From: Elsinoe ampelina
Taxonomy: Eukaryota
Assembly: GCA_010093995.1 (NCBI GenBank)
Contig: ML992550.1
Location: 1-32,318 of the forward strand
DNA: 32,318 nt
Direction: 5' to 3'
The notes under the pieces were generated by a model. It ran no database searches and had not been told where the DNA came from. It was given only the letters and a program-made list of their open reading frames with translations. Shown piece by piece: positions 11,579 to 22,917 of the stretch; within the stretch, counting starts at the first letter, position 1; each line of letters opens with the position of its first letter. The position numbers were made by a program, and so were the translations under genes.

Positions 11579-12450
11579 TCACCCTCCCCCCTCCTCCCTC
11601 TGCCCTTTCACCTCCGGCCGCGAGTACCAAAACTCCACCGCATTCCTCCTCTCCCCCAGTACAGGAGAAAAGTACTCCCCCTCCAACCGTCCCCCCCTCT
11701 CCCACCCCGTCCGTTCCAGTAGCCTCTGACTAGCAACATGCTCCTCATCCACCAACGCCAACGCCCTATCCCACCCTCCTTGCTCCGCGGTTGGCATCGC
11801 CTCGAACAGAACCGGCAGAAAAGCGAGGAGAGCCTCGGTCATGTAACCTTGCCCTTGGTAGGCGGGATTGAGACTGTAGCCGATTTCGGGGAAGTGTTTG
11901 CAGCCGAGGAGGCCGATGACTTTTCTACGCGACGGAGGGGAGGTGGATGGTGGGGAGACGGAGGGGGGGCGGGGGATGGTGAGGGCGTACATGATTGGGC
12001 TGGTGTTGCGTTGGTGGAGGAGGGTGGTGGTTTCGGCGAGGGAGGCGCGGGGGGAGCGCGTGCTGGGAGTGTCAGAGAGGGGGGAACAGGTGGCGGATCA
12101 TGAGGGGATATGAAGAGTGGATGGGAAGAGAGGACGGAGAGAGGAAGAGCAATGGGGAAGAGGGTCGTAGGTAGGTAGGAGATGCGAGGGGGAGATGGCC
12201 GGATGTCTTGGGAAAGTTGCAGAACGAGAAGTGATATGGCTGCAAGATTGTGCAGGGATGCAGCGAGGGGCAAGCATGACAGTGGAATTGAGAAGGTAAG
12301 AGATGAGCAGGCTCACGTGAACTTCAATGCGTCTGCATAAGTATACCACTCGTGTACGTCTTCTGCATCTTCATATGGGTTGATGGCTCGGAGGATGAGG
12401 CGTTCGGTCTTGATCTCTCGCTCATGGCGGGTGGTTGGTCCTACAGTCAT
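11579..12450 (-). CDS. GNAT (RimJ/RimL-type, Acetyltransf_3) N-acetyltransferase, 2 exons, 205 aa
   Basis: Exon 1 is 12450-12317 (IKTERLILRAI). The 254-nt intron 12316-12063 reads GTGAGC...CTGAC...CAG. Exon 2 is 12062-11579 with EIGYSLNPAYQGQGYMTEAL and HVASQRLLERTGW. Confidence 0.88.
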
Positions 12451-12570
12451 GACTGTCCCACTATCATGGATCAAGATAATGCAGTGTGTTGAAGCAGTAA
12501 TAGAGTAACATACGGGAGGCACGCTAGGTGAGTAATGTACTAAACCTTCAATGAATACATCATCGCGGTG

Positions 12571-12577
12571 TGACTCA
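12571..12577. promoter_or_regulatory. Possible Gcn4/CpcA (AP-1-type) site upstream of the GNAT gene
   Basis: Exact TGACTCA ~120 bp upstream of the ATG at 12450. A single 7-mer can occur by chance. Confidence 0.25.
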
Positions 12578-12846
12578 GCAGGCAAGCGGTGTCGCGATTT
12601 AGGCAGCCGTATATGTACTGGCGCGCGATTGGAGAATGAGCTGCTCTCGGAGAGTATTGGGAAAGAATAGAGAATTTGGTAATTTCTTTGTATCATTCGA
12701 GGTTTTGTAGGCATCGTGAGGCGAAAGACGAAGTGAAGCAAAGTCCTTGGCTCAATGCTTGTTCCCGCCACCACCAGCAACATCTGTCCGGAACGCCATC
12801 GCTAATCAAATATGCTAGACCTTGGCCACATCTCGATCATATACCT

Positions 12847-13869
12847 CTAGCCGAGCACCTTGTACTTGCTGTCGGTCTTGCCCTTCTTCTGCACACCTTG
12901 CCCAGGCTGCATTCCAAGTGGATCCATCTTTGGGGGCTTGTTGTTGTTATTGCCTCCTCCACTGCCACCACCACCCTGGCCGCTCTTGCCCTTGTTGTGC
13001 TTTCCCTTGTAGCGATCGTCCTTTTTGGTCGCCACTTTGATCTCCGTCTCCGCTCGTCTAATGAGCACAGGGTGACTGCCGATGTACTTGCCGTTCATGT
13101 CCTTGGCTGCTTGAAAGTATTCATCTGCATCGGAAAACCCAACAAAGCCGAAACCCTTGCTCTTTGTCGTGCGCTTGTCTCGAACCACACGAGCTTTCTG
13201 GACGGAAGGCCATTTCGAGAACGCCTTGAGGAGAGAATCATCGGTGACCTCTCCCGCCAAGTTGCCGACAAATATGCGATGGAGGTTGCCCCATTCGAGC
13301 AGTGTTGCATCTTCCCACTTCTGACCACCACCTTGACGAACCACCGTCTTTTGACCCACAGGTGTAGTGTCGCCAGATGTGTTTGGAGTGGAGCCATCAA
13401 GACGATTGCTCTTCAATGGCAGGTAATTGACATTTATGCCTGGTTTTTCTCCTGGCTTGGGCTGAGGTGTCCCGGAATAATTTGACTGCCACTGCTGCAT
13501 CTGCTGTTGCCACTCTGGATCTGCAGCATTCAATGCGCCATCTGCACCACTGGCTGTTGGAGGAAGGAACGGATTGTGTATCGTAGGTGTCGGTGCGGCA
13601 TATTGATTGTAGTCGTACCCGGCGGCATACTGCTGAGGCTGCTGTCCATATTGTTGGTAGGCTCCATACTGTTGTGAAGCACCACCATACCCTCCGCTCA
13701 TGTCATATCCTGCTGCTGGATAGCTTGGGTACTGCTGTACCTGGGGTGAAGCTGTGCGCTTTGGAGGCGCGGAGGACGTGACATTTCGTGGTTTGAAGGC
13801 GAAGCCAGGTTTGGCCGGTAGGGCATGACCACCCGCAGGTGTCGACGAACCTGATCCTGGAGCACTCAT
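12847..13869 (-). CDS. RBM42-like RRM RNA-binding protein, 340 aa
   Basis: WEDATLLEW followed by an RRM (RIFVGNLAGEVTD...ARVVRDKRTTKSKGFGFVGF...MNGKYIGSHPV), typical of the RBM42 family. Q/Y/P-rich N-terminus. Confidence 0.88.
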   Translation of the reverse strand: MSAPGSGSSTPAGGHALPAKPGFAFKPRNVTSSAPPKRTASPQVQQYPSYPAAGYDMSGGYGGASQQYGAYQQYGQQPQQYAAGYDYNQYAAPTPTIHNPFLPPTASGADGALNAADPEWQQQMQQWQSNYSGTPQPKPGEKPGINVNYLPLKSNRLDGSTPNTSGDTTPVGQKTVVRQGGGQKWEDATLLEWGNLHRIFVGNLAGEVTDDSLLKAFSKWPSVQKARVVRDKRTTKSKGFGFVGFSDADEYFQAAKDMNGKYIGSHPVLIRRAETEIKVATKKDDRYKGKHNKGKSGQGGGGSGGGNNNNKPPKMDPLGMQPGQGVQKKGKTDSKYKVLG

Positions 13870-13874
13870 TGAGC

Positions 13875-13977
13875 CTGATGTTTTGGAGTGATGCGCAAGA
13901 GCTCAATGACAAGCGGCCCTCGAATGTGCGAGGACGCGACAGCTCGCGTGGAGAAAGCAGGAGATGGATCGCCTTAC
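13875..13977 (-). other. Putative 5'-UTR intron of the RBM42-like gene
   Basis: Minus-strand GAG|GTAAGG donor at 13977 and CATCAG acceptor at 13875, 5 nt before the ATG. Branch site is weak. Confidence 0.5.
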
Positions 13978-14437
13978 CTCACTGTACCAGCTCTGAGCTT
14001 CACGACCGACGATACCAAGTGCTTGAATAAGATGGCCGAGTTGCGCGAGCTGTTCTGAATGAGGCTCTGCTGGAGTGAGTGTGAGCAAAGAACGGTATCG
14101 GCCTATGAGATCCGACGTTGCGGCCCCCGCCGGCGAGAGAAAATTTGGTCATCGTCATTTCTTGGCATGCGTTTCCCAGCCGGAAATCCAGTGGGACAAT
14201 CTCAGATCCCGACCTCGACTTCGCTAATTGGAGCCACTAATCACAAAAAGTCGGCCAAGATAGGCCTCAATTGAATCATTTACCGTGCAGTAGATGTCTC
14301 TCAACTTTGTCCGTGACAATCCGAATCATTCCGGTTAAATCTGAGCGTGATATTGGACATCTCCGCGAGCAGCTTACAAAGATAGCTCCCAAAGCAGCCC
14401 ACTAAACTGACCACGAACCCCACCAAAGCCCGCTAAG

Positions 14438-14532
14438 GTCAGTCCTCCGATTCAACAACACCTCAAAGTCCGGACCGCCAAAACATCCCACTTCCTTCTT
14501 CTCATCCCGTCACTGACATTTTACTGCCACAG
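14438..14532 (+). other. Putative 5' leader intron of GND1
   Basis: AAG|GTCAGT donor at 14438, ACTGAC branch at 14512-14517, CACAG acceptor ending at 14532. Confidence 0.7.
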
Positions 14533-14595
14533 CTGGCTCCTTCACAAAGACTCTCGACAATCACAAACCACCTGACCAAACCTCCATCGCCCGCC
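14533..14595 (+). other. In-frame N-terminal extension of GND1 carrying a PTS2 peroxisomal signal (RLSTITNHL)
   Basis: 21 stop-free codons in frame with the ATG at 14596: LAPSQRLSTITNHLTKPPSPA. The nonapeptide R-L-x5-H-L is at 14548-14574. Confidence 0.7.
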
Positions 14596-16314
14596 ATGTC
14601 CACGGAAGCTGTGTAAGTCCGACCCCTCATTCTATCGACCACGAAAATATTTCTCCCAACGATACCGGACAAATTGGGCTGACGGACATGTTTCCAGTGG
14701 AGACTTCGGTCTCATCGGTCTGGCCGTCATGGGTCAGAACCTGATCCTCAACGCCGCTGACCACGGCTTCACTGTCGTCGCCTTCAACCGAACTGTCGCA
14801 AAGGTCGACCGCTTTTTGGAGAATGAGGCAAAGGGCAAGTCCATTGTTGGCGCCCACTCGATCAAGGAGTTCTGCCAGAAGCTCAAGAAGCCCCGCCGCA
14901 TGATGCTCTTGGTCATGGCAGGCAAGCCAGTCGACGACTTTATCGAGCTCCTCTTGAAGGAGGGTGGACTCGAGGAGGGTGATATCATTATTGATGGTGG
15001 TAACTCTCACTACCCGGACACCAACCGCAGGACCGAGTACTTGAAGACCAAGGGCATCCGCTTCGTCGGTAGCGGCGTCTCTGGGGGTGAGGAGGGTGCA
15101 CGCTACGGACCCAGCATCATGCCTGGTGGTAACGAGGAGGCTTGGCCATACATCAAGGACGTTCTCCAGAGCATCTCCGCAAAGTCCGACGGTGAGCCAT
15201 GCTGCCAATGGGTCGGTGACCAGGGCGCTGGCCACTACGTGAAGATGGTGCACAACGGCATTGAGTATGGTGACATGCAGCTCATCTGCGAGGTCAGTAG
15301 AGTCAATCGTGGAAGAAGGAAAAGACACTAATATCAGAATCAGGCCTACGATATTCTCAAGCGTGGTCTCGGTCTTTCGAACAAAGAGATGGGTGATGTC
15401 TTTGCCAAATGGAACACTGGTGTACTCGACTCATTCTTGATTGAGATCACTCGCGACATCCTCTACTTCAACGATGATGATGGAACTCCTCTCGTCGAGA
15501 AGATCCTCGATTCCGCTGGCCAGAAGGGTACCGGAAAGTGGACTGCCATCAACGCTCTCGACCTGGGTATGCCAGTCACCCTCATCGGTGAGGCCGTCTT
15601 CGCTCGTTGCTTGTCATCTCTCAAGGAGGAGCGTGGCCGCGCTGCGTCAATCCTCCCAGGCCCAAGCCCCAGCTTCAGCGGTGACAAGCAGCAATTCATC
15701 GACGACCTTGAGCAGGCCTTGTACGCCTCCAAGATCATCTCATATGCCCAAGGTTTCATGCTGATCCAGAATGTGAGTATACCCATGCAAATTCAGTTTA
15801 CGATTGTCTGACGAATTTCAGGCCGCCAAGGAATACTCATGGAAGCTCAACAAGCCAGAGATTGCCCTTATGTGGCGTGGTGGATGCATCATTCGCTCGG
15901 TCTTCTTGAAGGACATTACCTCTGCGTACCGTGAGAACCCTGATCTCGAGAACTTGCTCTTCCACAAGTTCTTCACCAACGCCATCACCAAGGCCCAGGC
16001 CGGGTGGAGGAACGTCGTCGCAAAGTCTGCCGTCTGGGGTATCCCAACCCCGGCCTTCAGCACTGCCCTGTCCTTCTACGATGGTTACAGGACCAAGGAT
16101 TTGCCCGCCAACTTGCTTCAGGCCCAGCGTGACTACTTCGGTGCCCACACCTACCAGATCAAGCCCGAGTTCGCTAGCGACAAGCACCCCGTCGGAGCCT
16201 ACAGCCACACGAACTGGACAGGGCGTGGTGGCAACATCAGGTTCGTCCTCCGCGCGTGTAAAAATTTCGGCTCATTGACTAATTTGAACCAGTGCAAGTC
16301 AATACAACGCGTAA
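14596..16314 (+). CDS. GND1: 6-phosphogluconate dehydrogenase (decarboxylating), 5 coding exons, 493 aa
   Basis: Exons 14596-14612, 14698-15292, 15344-15772, 15822-16240, 16293-16314. Motifs [77 protein letters not shown]; ends GGNISASQYNA*. Confidence 0.98.
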
Positions 16315-16815
16315 TGTGGTCGCGTACCGATCCAGGTTGGCCAAGGATGTTTATTGGCAATGGAAGAATGAAAATACAATGTCTATGTGTTCCAATTAGA
16401 TCAATAAGCAGCTCCGTTGGTGCCGACTCGTTGCATCGTGTCGTGTAGTCAATGTCCACATTGCGTGCTGATTTCTGGCCGTCGTGAAATGCACGGCGGC
16501 GGATCTGCGCTCTGATTGGTTGAAGCTCACTTCTCGCATTGACTTCGCGGACGTGACCTTGAACTTCCACTGCCATCTCCACCATAAATCGGACCGCCCA
16601 GGACTCGAGCTGCCGTTGAAGCGTAATTGTTGAGAGTCTACGCCTTACGCCTACGCCCACCTCCCGCGCCCGGCTATAGATAAGGACGAGTGGGCGATCA
16701 GCTCACTTTGGCAGGGTCTCCTCTGACCATGAGGTTGGCTTCATTATAGGAAGCGAGTCAACGCCGTACATCGACAGTGACACTTGACCGGGAGCGTCCA
16801 ATACCACGGAATTCC

Positions 16816-17661
16816 ATGGCGGAAACGAAGCGAGCCTCCGCCGAACGTGTCGCGACACCCAGGACAGGAGGTCAGCCAATTGGAGAGTTACTCAAGAATC
16901 TCAGCAATGCCATTGGTGCTCGGTACGTCGCTTGTGCAATCAGTCTAGCCGGCTTGACAAGAGTACTGACACATAGGCCAGGATCAAGCTCACAACCTCA
17001 GCGATTCCACCGCAAAATTTAGAGGACACTCTTTTTACAGCCTGTCCAATCTTCAACGTGGTAGCGATCAATACCGCCCCAGCACCCCCTAATCCCTCGT
17101 CTACCACCAATGCCGGACCAGGCGACTATCATGTCATTCCCATTTCGCGGATACAAAATTTCCAGGTCCTCTCGCTGGCTGAGAACAAGGATGGATTTGC
17201 GACCGCACACCCTGCCATTGGCAAAGTAGACACAGCGAAGCTGAAAGAGCGAGAGAAGCAGAGAATAGCCAAGATCAAGGAGGAAGAGGCGAAAAAGGGC
17301 AAGGGTGTGACAGCCGAAGCGCAGGCATTATTCAATGCGCTAGACAGGATGTACGTGTATACCTGAGCTCGGACAACCACAAACAGGCAACCTAGAACCC
17401 TCGCGAGGGACGGGCGACGATACGCTTATCGCGAGACCCATGCTGACATGTACGGACAGGTACGCAGCCAGATGGCACGACACAGACATCATCGTAGACG
17501 ATTCGGTCATCATATCAGCACCATATACCGCAGAGACATGCAAGGCACCAAGAGAGAAGCAGGGCGCACTGACGCAAATCAGAAAGGTCGTCGAGGGAGA
17601 GAAGAGAAAGTTTGCGGATCGCTCAAGAGGAGCGAGTCCGCTGCCGAGGAAGGGCGGCTGA
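16816..17661 (+). CDS. LSM12-like protein (Lsm fold plus anticodon-binding AD domain), 3 exons, 225 aa
   Basis: Exons 16816-16922, 16982-17350, 17460-17661 (frame-consistent). GDYHVIPISRIQNFQVL, GKGVTAEAQALFNALDR, RWHDTDIIVDDSVIISAPY match the Lsm12 architecture. Confidence 0.82.
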
Positions 17662-17969
17662 AGCTATATTGCTGGTGGACACCAAACAGTTCAATCAGGC
17701 AGACGCTGTCAGTCGACCAAGCAGACAAACAAGACCAATACCCAAACACTCTCAACTGCTGGCCGTGATTGATCATATGTATTCTTCGTAATTTCTAGAC
17801 ATGTGATCAGTAAGATGCGCTGCTGGAGGTCCTGTGCCACCACACAGCTGAAGTGAGGTTCAGGGAGTATCAGGTAATGTCCATGCATTAATCGACACAA
17901 CCTTCCCGTTCACTATTGCTCTCCTTTTGCTTTCGTCTCCGAGTACCAGGACTTCTCTCAACTCTGATC

Positions 17970-19810
17970 ATGTCTACAACTTTCCATCGCGTTCCCACTG
18001 ACGACGAGCACGATGACCGGGTCTCCGTGAGCGCAGATTCAATTTCGTCCATCGGTTCGGAACACTTCGTCTCTCGCCAGCCGGAATCGCCAAGGAGCGA
18101 GCACCACACCACCGAGCTCGAAAGGGATCGGCCTGGAAGCACTACCGATGATAACTCTCGACCAGTCTCTCATCTGAAGAACCCGAACGTCGAGGAATCC
18201 ATAGCCGGCTCAGTAGGTGACGCACCCCCACCTCGACCTGCAAGATGGCTTCGAACACGATTCTGGGCAAATCAGCACTGGTTCTATGAGCTCGCAGCTT
18301 GTGTCATCAACGTGTTGGCTCTTGCTGCTATCGTCATTTTGCTGAGCGTCTACGACGGGAAACCTACGCCGGAGTGGCCAAAGGTGATTACTATCAACTC
18401 CGCTTCCGCTGTCCTGGCTACATTGATGAAAGGCTCCATGATCTTTGCGGTGTCGGAAGGTCCGTACAGCTACTATCTCGCAAGGCTCGTGCTGATACAA
18501 GAGCAGGTCTCTCGCAGATCAAGTGGGCGTGGTTCACTCGGCAGCGGCAGTTGAGCGACTTGTCCGCGTTCGACTCGGCTAGTCGAGGGCCATGGGGTGC
18601 GTTACTCTTCTTGATCAGAGGGCGCCTGAGGTGAGTGGACAGACGTCAGCCGAGTGATACAACCTCCAACCTTAATCATTTGGTAGTGTTTTGACCGTGT
18701 TGGGGTCTTCCATAACCATATTGGCACTTGCGACAGACGGTTTCACCCAGCAAGCGGTATCTTTTCAAACGTGCCATATCAGTGACACAGCAGCGGTAGC
18801 AAGCGTACAGCGTGCGCAGATCTTCAATGCCTCGGATTTCGGATTCTTTGCAATCCATCCTACAGCCCCTAGGACAAGATGCCTCTATATTACAGCGTAC
18901 CAGCACTGAAGTATCGATCCCAACGTCCATCTTCTTGGCGGCACCTGACCCACTCACTGGTACTTTTACGCACCATGCCAGCGCTACAGTCGGCGTCACA
19001 TCCGGGAATTCCGTCTTGCAGCCGAGCATTATCCTCGACCCTTCGACGCAAAAACCACCACAGGACGAGTTACTACCCAACACAAACGTGGCGCGAGATT
19101 ACATGCCGAGCCTGTCCGAAGTGCATGTGAATGGCGAAGCCATCAGCTGTGAGACGGCCCCAACGCCAGGGACCAACAACAGCTTTTACTCCAGGGATCC
19201 TTCCAACATTACGCAGTACTACGATCCTAGATGTGTTGCATTCCTCGGACAAGATGCTAGCGAGCTACTCCGCACAGCTCTCTGGTTCCTATTCCCGCGC
19301 CACGACATGTCGAGCTTGGCTATCAACGTCACTGGGCAGAGCATATCAGGGTTGATCAGGACTGTGGACAATCTGCGTCTGTTTCCCCTGTACGACCATG
19401 GCCAAGCGACCCTGGAATCTGTAAATGCATATGCAGCTCGAGTCGCGGACACATTGTCAGCATTCGTGCGAGCGACTGCGAATGAGTCCGTAACTGGCAA
19501 CGGGCCTTCCATCGGTGTAGCACAAATCACGAAGACATGCACTTCCGTGGCGTGGCCGTGGCTGGCGCTACCTGCTGCTTTAACGATCTCGAGCATAGTC
19601 TTTCTCAGCGCTACCATTTTACATAGTAGGCATCACAGCCGGAACCCGCTCTGGCCTGGCCTGCTGAAGTCCTCACCTCTCGGGATTCTTCTGCATGGTC
19701 CGAGTGATGATGCTAGCTTTGACCACTACGCTGGGCCGAAAGATCTAGTCATGATAGAGCATGCTGCCGATGGGGTTCGATCCAGCTTACAACGCAGACA
19801 TGATGGTTGA
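17970..19810 (+). CDS. DUF3176-family fungal membrane protein, apparently disrupted by a frameshift (possible pseudogene)
   Basis: Exons 17970-18459, 18507-18630, then from 18687. Family motifs WFYELAAC, LSVYDGKPTPEW...ITINS, GLSQIKWAWF...FDSASRGPWGA, FTQQAV, and C-terminal VAWPWLALPA...KSSPL. The reading frame changes between 18800 and 18909. Confidence 0.72.
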
Positions 19811-21375
19811 CCAGCTGAGGAAGTAAGACGATTCGACTGCGAATGGATGACAGTCTGTCTTCGCCTTCGGACACTATTCTTCCGCGACCGACCAGATATC
19901 AAATGAAGCTTTCGAGCCCTACATCCACGGTCATAACGCAACCTCATGTTCCGTTCCAGTCTCAAACCTTGTCTGGACACCTGCCAGCGGAGCTTATGTT
20001 GTCCCGTCCCGTCGACCGGCATCCCCGATATGAGGCAAGGACGTGTTTGTTGGACAATGGCGCTGCATCATGATGGCCCACTCCGACATGTCGAGGCTCT
20101 CACGCAGAATAGACGGAGGAAAGCTTGATCAAAGCTTATATTACGTGCTTCAATCCAGCATGCCCTCATCAGGTGAGTCCTCATTGACAATGACCAGCCC
20201 CCACTCACTTGAATAAAACCGATGCTTTGGAGAGTGGCGAAAGCATTGTTAGACCGGTTCATTCTTGCGGTGCGATCTCATCGAACGAACATTCGTGGGC
20301 TGTCCATCCGGCGGTACGAAGAATCGGCTCAAGTCCTTCTACTTTAGTCTGATACGTTGGTCGTCCTGCTTGTCTAGAAGTGAGGTTGATTGGCGAAAAT
20401 ACACCTAGTGGTATTTCTACTTGCTATGCCACACCACGTGGCCTGAAGTGATGTTCAATATATTTCATGTTCAAACCAAACAGGACGATTAGATACCTGG
20501 TCAGTCATTATCTTCATTCGTAGGTGAATCAGATTCCGAGCGGAGGAGGATCCCTGTATCATGGCTGCGTGAAGATAGACGGTAGGGGCAGAAAAAAAGG
20601 CCTCGGTCGCCTGACCGTCCCAGGCTGCTGGGCATGATGCTCGCCTGATGTGAGACTTGTCATGCAGGGATGGGCATGCAAGATAGATGAAGTCAATCAT
20701 GATCCTCGGTCCCTACAGTATTCGCAAACAAAGATGCAGAGAGTGGCCTTTTGTGGCTTGGACTGGTGAAGAGTGCCATACACACGTTTGGCTCCCGTCA
20801 GTCGGATGAACTTTTGAGCCGATAACAGCCACCGTGTCCACTGTCTCAATATGCTTGCACGAAAGAAAAAATGGTTGACGTGGAAAACAAAGCCCCCTTT
20901 GAGCGGGTTGACATGTGCAATGACGTCTCGGCATCGGCGCTCGGAGTCGTGATTGGCCGACGGCGACGTCAAGTGGCAGCAACAACTCGATTCTCGATTC
21001 TCGATCGCGCCGTGTCGATGTATTCTTCACCCATCGTGGCTTGCCAAAGTCTTTTTGCATGTCCAATTTCCACGCGGTCATACAAGGATTGAACGGCCGC
21101 TGGCAGACATGAATCTATTGGTCGTTTAGCTGTCTAGATCTGGCTGTGCATGGTGATGTCGTCCACGAGACAATTTCCATGCGTCAGGCTTGGTAAATCC
21201 GGAAGGCCTGTATAACGGAGCCACTCTCTCCATTCTTCCTTCCGCTATTCACAACAGAACCACTTCAGGGACAGACCACTTTCAACAGTCTCCGACATTC
21301 AGCTCATTCAACATCGCGTTGCTTCATAACAACCACACCACCATCAATAACAATACGCCAAACACACTAAACACC

Positions 21376-22650
21376 ATGACAAAACAGCTTAATATTCTTG
21401 TGAGCGGGGCAGGCATCGGCGGCCCAGTCCTCGCCTACTGGTTGAACAAGGCCGGACACAAGGTCACAATCGTTGAACGAGATGCACAGCTACGGACAAC
21501 AGGACAGAGTGTAGACATTCGAGAAGCAGCAGTCGAGGTCATTCGCAAGATGGGCCTTGAACAAACAATCAGAGATACCAGTACCCACGAAGCCGGTGTA
21601 GCTTTTGTGGATCCCAACGATAAAGTGAGAGCACTTTTCAAAGCGACAGGCAGCACAGAAGTCCAGTCATTCACCTCAGAATTCGAGGTATTCCGCGGTG
21701 ACCTGGCCAAAATCTTCTATTCCACTACAAAAGACCTCTGCACTTACATCTTCGGCGAGTACATCACCTCCATCGATCAAGACAACGACGGCTGCTACGT
21801 CGAGTTCGCCAATGGTAGCGACGCCGCCCGCTACGACCTCGTCATCGCCGCCGACGGCCTCGGCTCCAAAGTCCGCGCCATGGTCTTCAACACGTCCACA
21901 CGAGAACACATCTGGTCCCTCGACACCTTCGCAGCCTACTTCACCATCGACAAAGACCTCCTCAAAGGCGACCAATACAGCCGATGGTACAACGCCCCAG
22001 GCGGGCGCTGCATCCTCCTCCGACCCGACCCCCAACGCCGCACCCGCGCCCACCTCTTCGTCATCAACCACGGGGACCAAGCCCAACTCGACACCTATCG
22101 CGCCGCCTACCAACAAGGCATGGACCGCGTGAAGCAGCTGTTCACCGAAGAGTTCAAAGACGCCGGCTGGCTCACCCCCGAAATCCTCGCCTGCGCCCCC
22201 GACGCCAAAGATTTCTACGGCAGCGAAATCGCCCAGATCCGCACCGAGAAACTCTTCTCCGGCCGGGTAGCGCTGGTCGGGGACGCGGGGTACTGCCCCA
22301 CCCCGTTCACGGGGATGGGGACAAGTCTCGCCATGATCGGCGCTTATATCCTCGCTGGGGAGATCAACAAGGATGCCGAGGACGTGCCCGGTGCGTTGCA
22401 GAGGTACGAGGATATCATGCACCCGTATGCCAAGAAGGTGCAGCAGATTCCGAGGAGTATGCCCAAGTTGGCGAACCCGATGAGTGCGTGGGGGATCAAG
22501 GTCCAGTTGGCGATACTGTCGCTTGTGAGTTGGCTCAAGGTGGATGTCTTTGCGAATTGGTTGCAGGGGTTTGAGGTATTCAAGGGGAAGAAGTTTCAGT
22601 TGCCGGAGTATACTTGGAGTGACCAGAGGGATTCGGTGCTGGTTGGGTAG
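21376..22650 (+). CDS. FAD-dependent monooxygenase/oxidoreductase (FAD_binding_3, UbiH-like), intronless, 424 aa
   Basis: ILVSGAGIGGP (GxGxxG), DLVIAADGLGSKVR (DG motif), RVALVGDAGYCPTPFTGMGTSLA (GD motif). First ATG in the frame is at 21376. Confidence 0.92.
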   Translation: MTKQLNILVSGAGIGGPVLAYWLNKAGHKVTIVERDAQLRTTGQSVDIREAAVEVIRKMGLEQTIRDTSTHEAGVAFVDPNDKVRALFKATGSTEVQSFTSEFEVFRGDLAKIFYSTTKDLCTYIFGEYITSIDQDNDGCYVEFANGSDAARYDLVIAADGLGSKVRAMVFNTSTREHIWSLDTFAAYFTIDKDLLKGDQYSRWYNAPGGRCILLRPDPQRRTRAHLFVINHGDQAQLDTYRAAYQQGMDRVKQLFTEEFKDAGWLTPEILACAPDAKDFYGSEIAQIRTEKLFSGRVALVGDAGYCPTPFTGMGTSLAMIGAYILAGEINKDAEDVPGALQRYEDIMHPYAKKVQQIPRSMPKLANPMSAWGIKVQLAILSLVSWLKVDVFANWLQGFEVFKGKKFQLPEYTWSDQRDSVLVG

Positions 22651-22917
22651 ATTGGCTTGGTTTCACGGGTGCCGGTGGTGGGTCAAGGTGGGATACAAGG
22701 AGGGAGGACTTTTCATGATTAATGCTTGATGTTTGCATTGCTTGGCTGGCGGGGTTAGGACAAACGAAGGCATTATAGCGTAGCATGCTTCTACAGCAGA
22801 GCAGGATATTTAGCAAATAGATTCCAATTGAAGTGACATGGTATCATAACAATTCCCCGGCTTTTTCTCACCTCCTCTCTAAACGCCATCGCTATGCTCC
22901 AACCCAAAGATGCTCAT

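Noticed and set aside
16241..16448. PTS1 on GND1 via last-intron retention, an alternative acceptor or stop readthrough
   Set aside because: None of the products I translated ends in an SKL-like tripeptide, and the stop is TAA without a TGA-CTA readthrough context.
16638..16657. Imperfect (tacgcc)3 repeat; also tatatacaattt twice at ~27157-27186
   Set aside because: Too short to distinguish from ordinary slippage.
19811..21375. Short ORFs, an isolated CAGGTGAGT donor-like site and a short ctcgatt repeat
   Set aside because: I could not build a consistent gene or ncRNA model, though a degenerate relic cannot be excluded.
4132..22650. P450, GNAT and FAD monooxygenase as a biosynthetic gene cluster
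   Set aside because: They are separated by housekeeping genes, and there is no PKS, NRPS, terpene synthase, transporter or pathway regulator.
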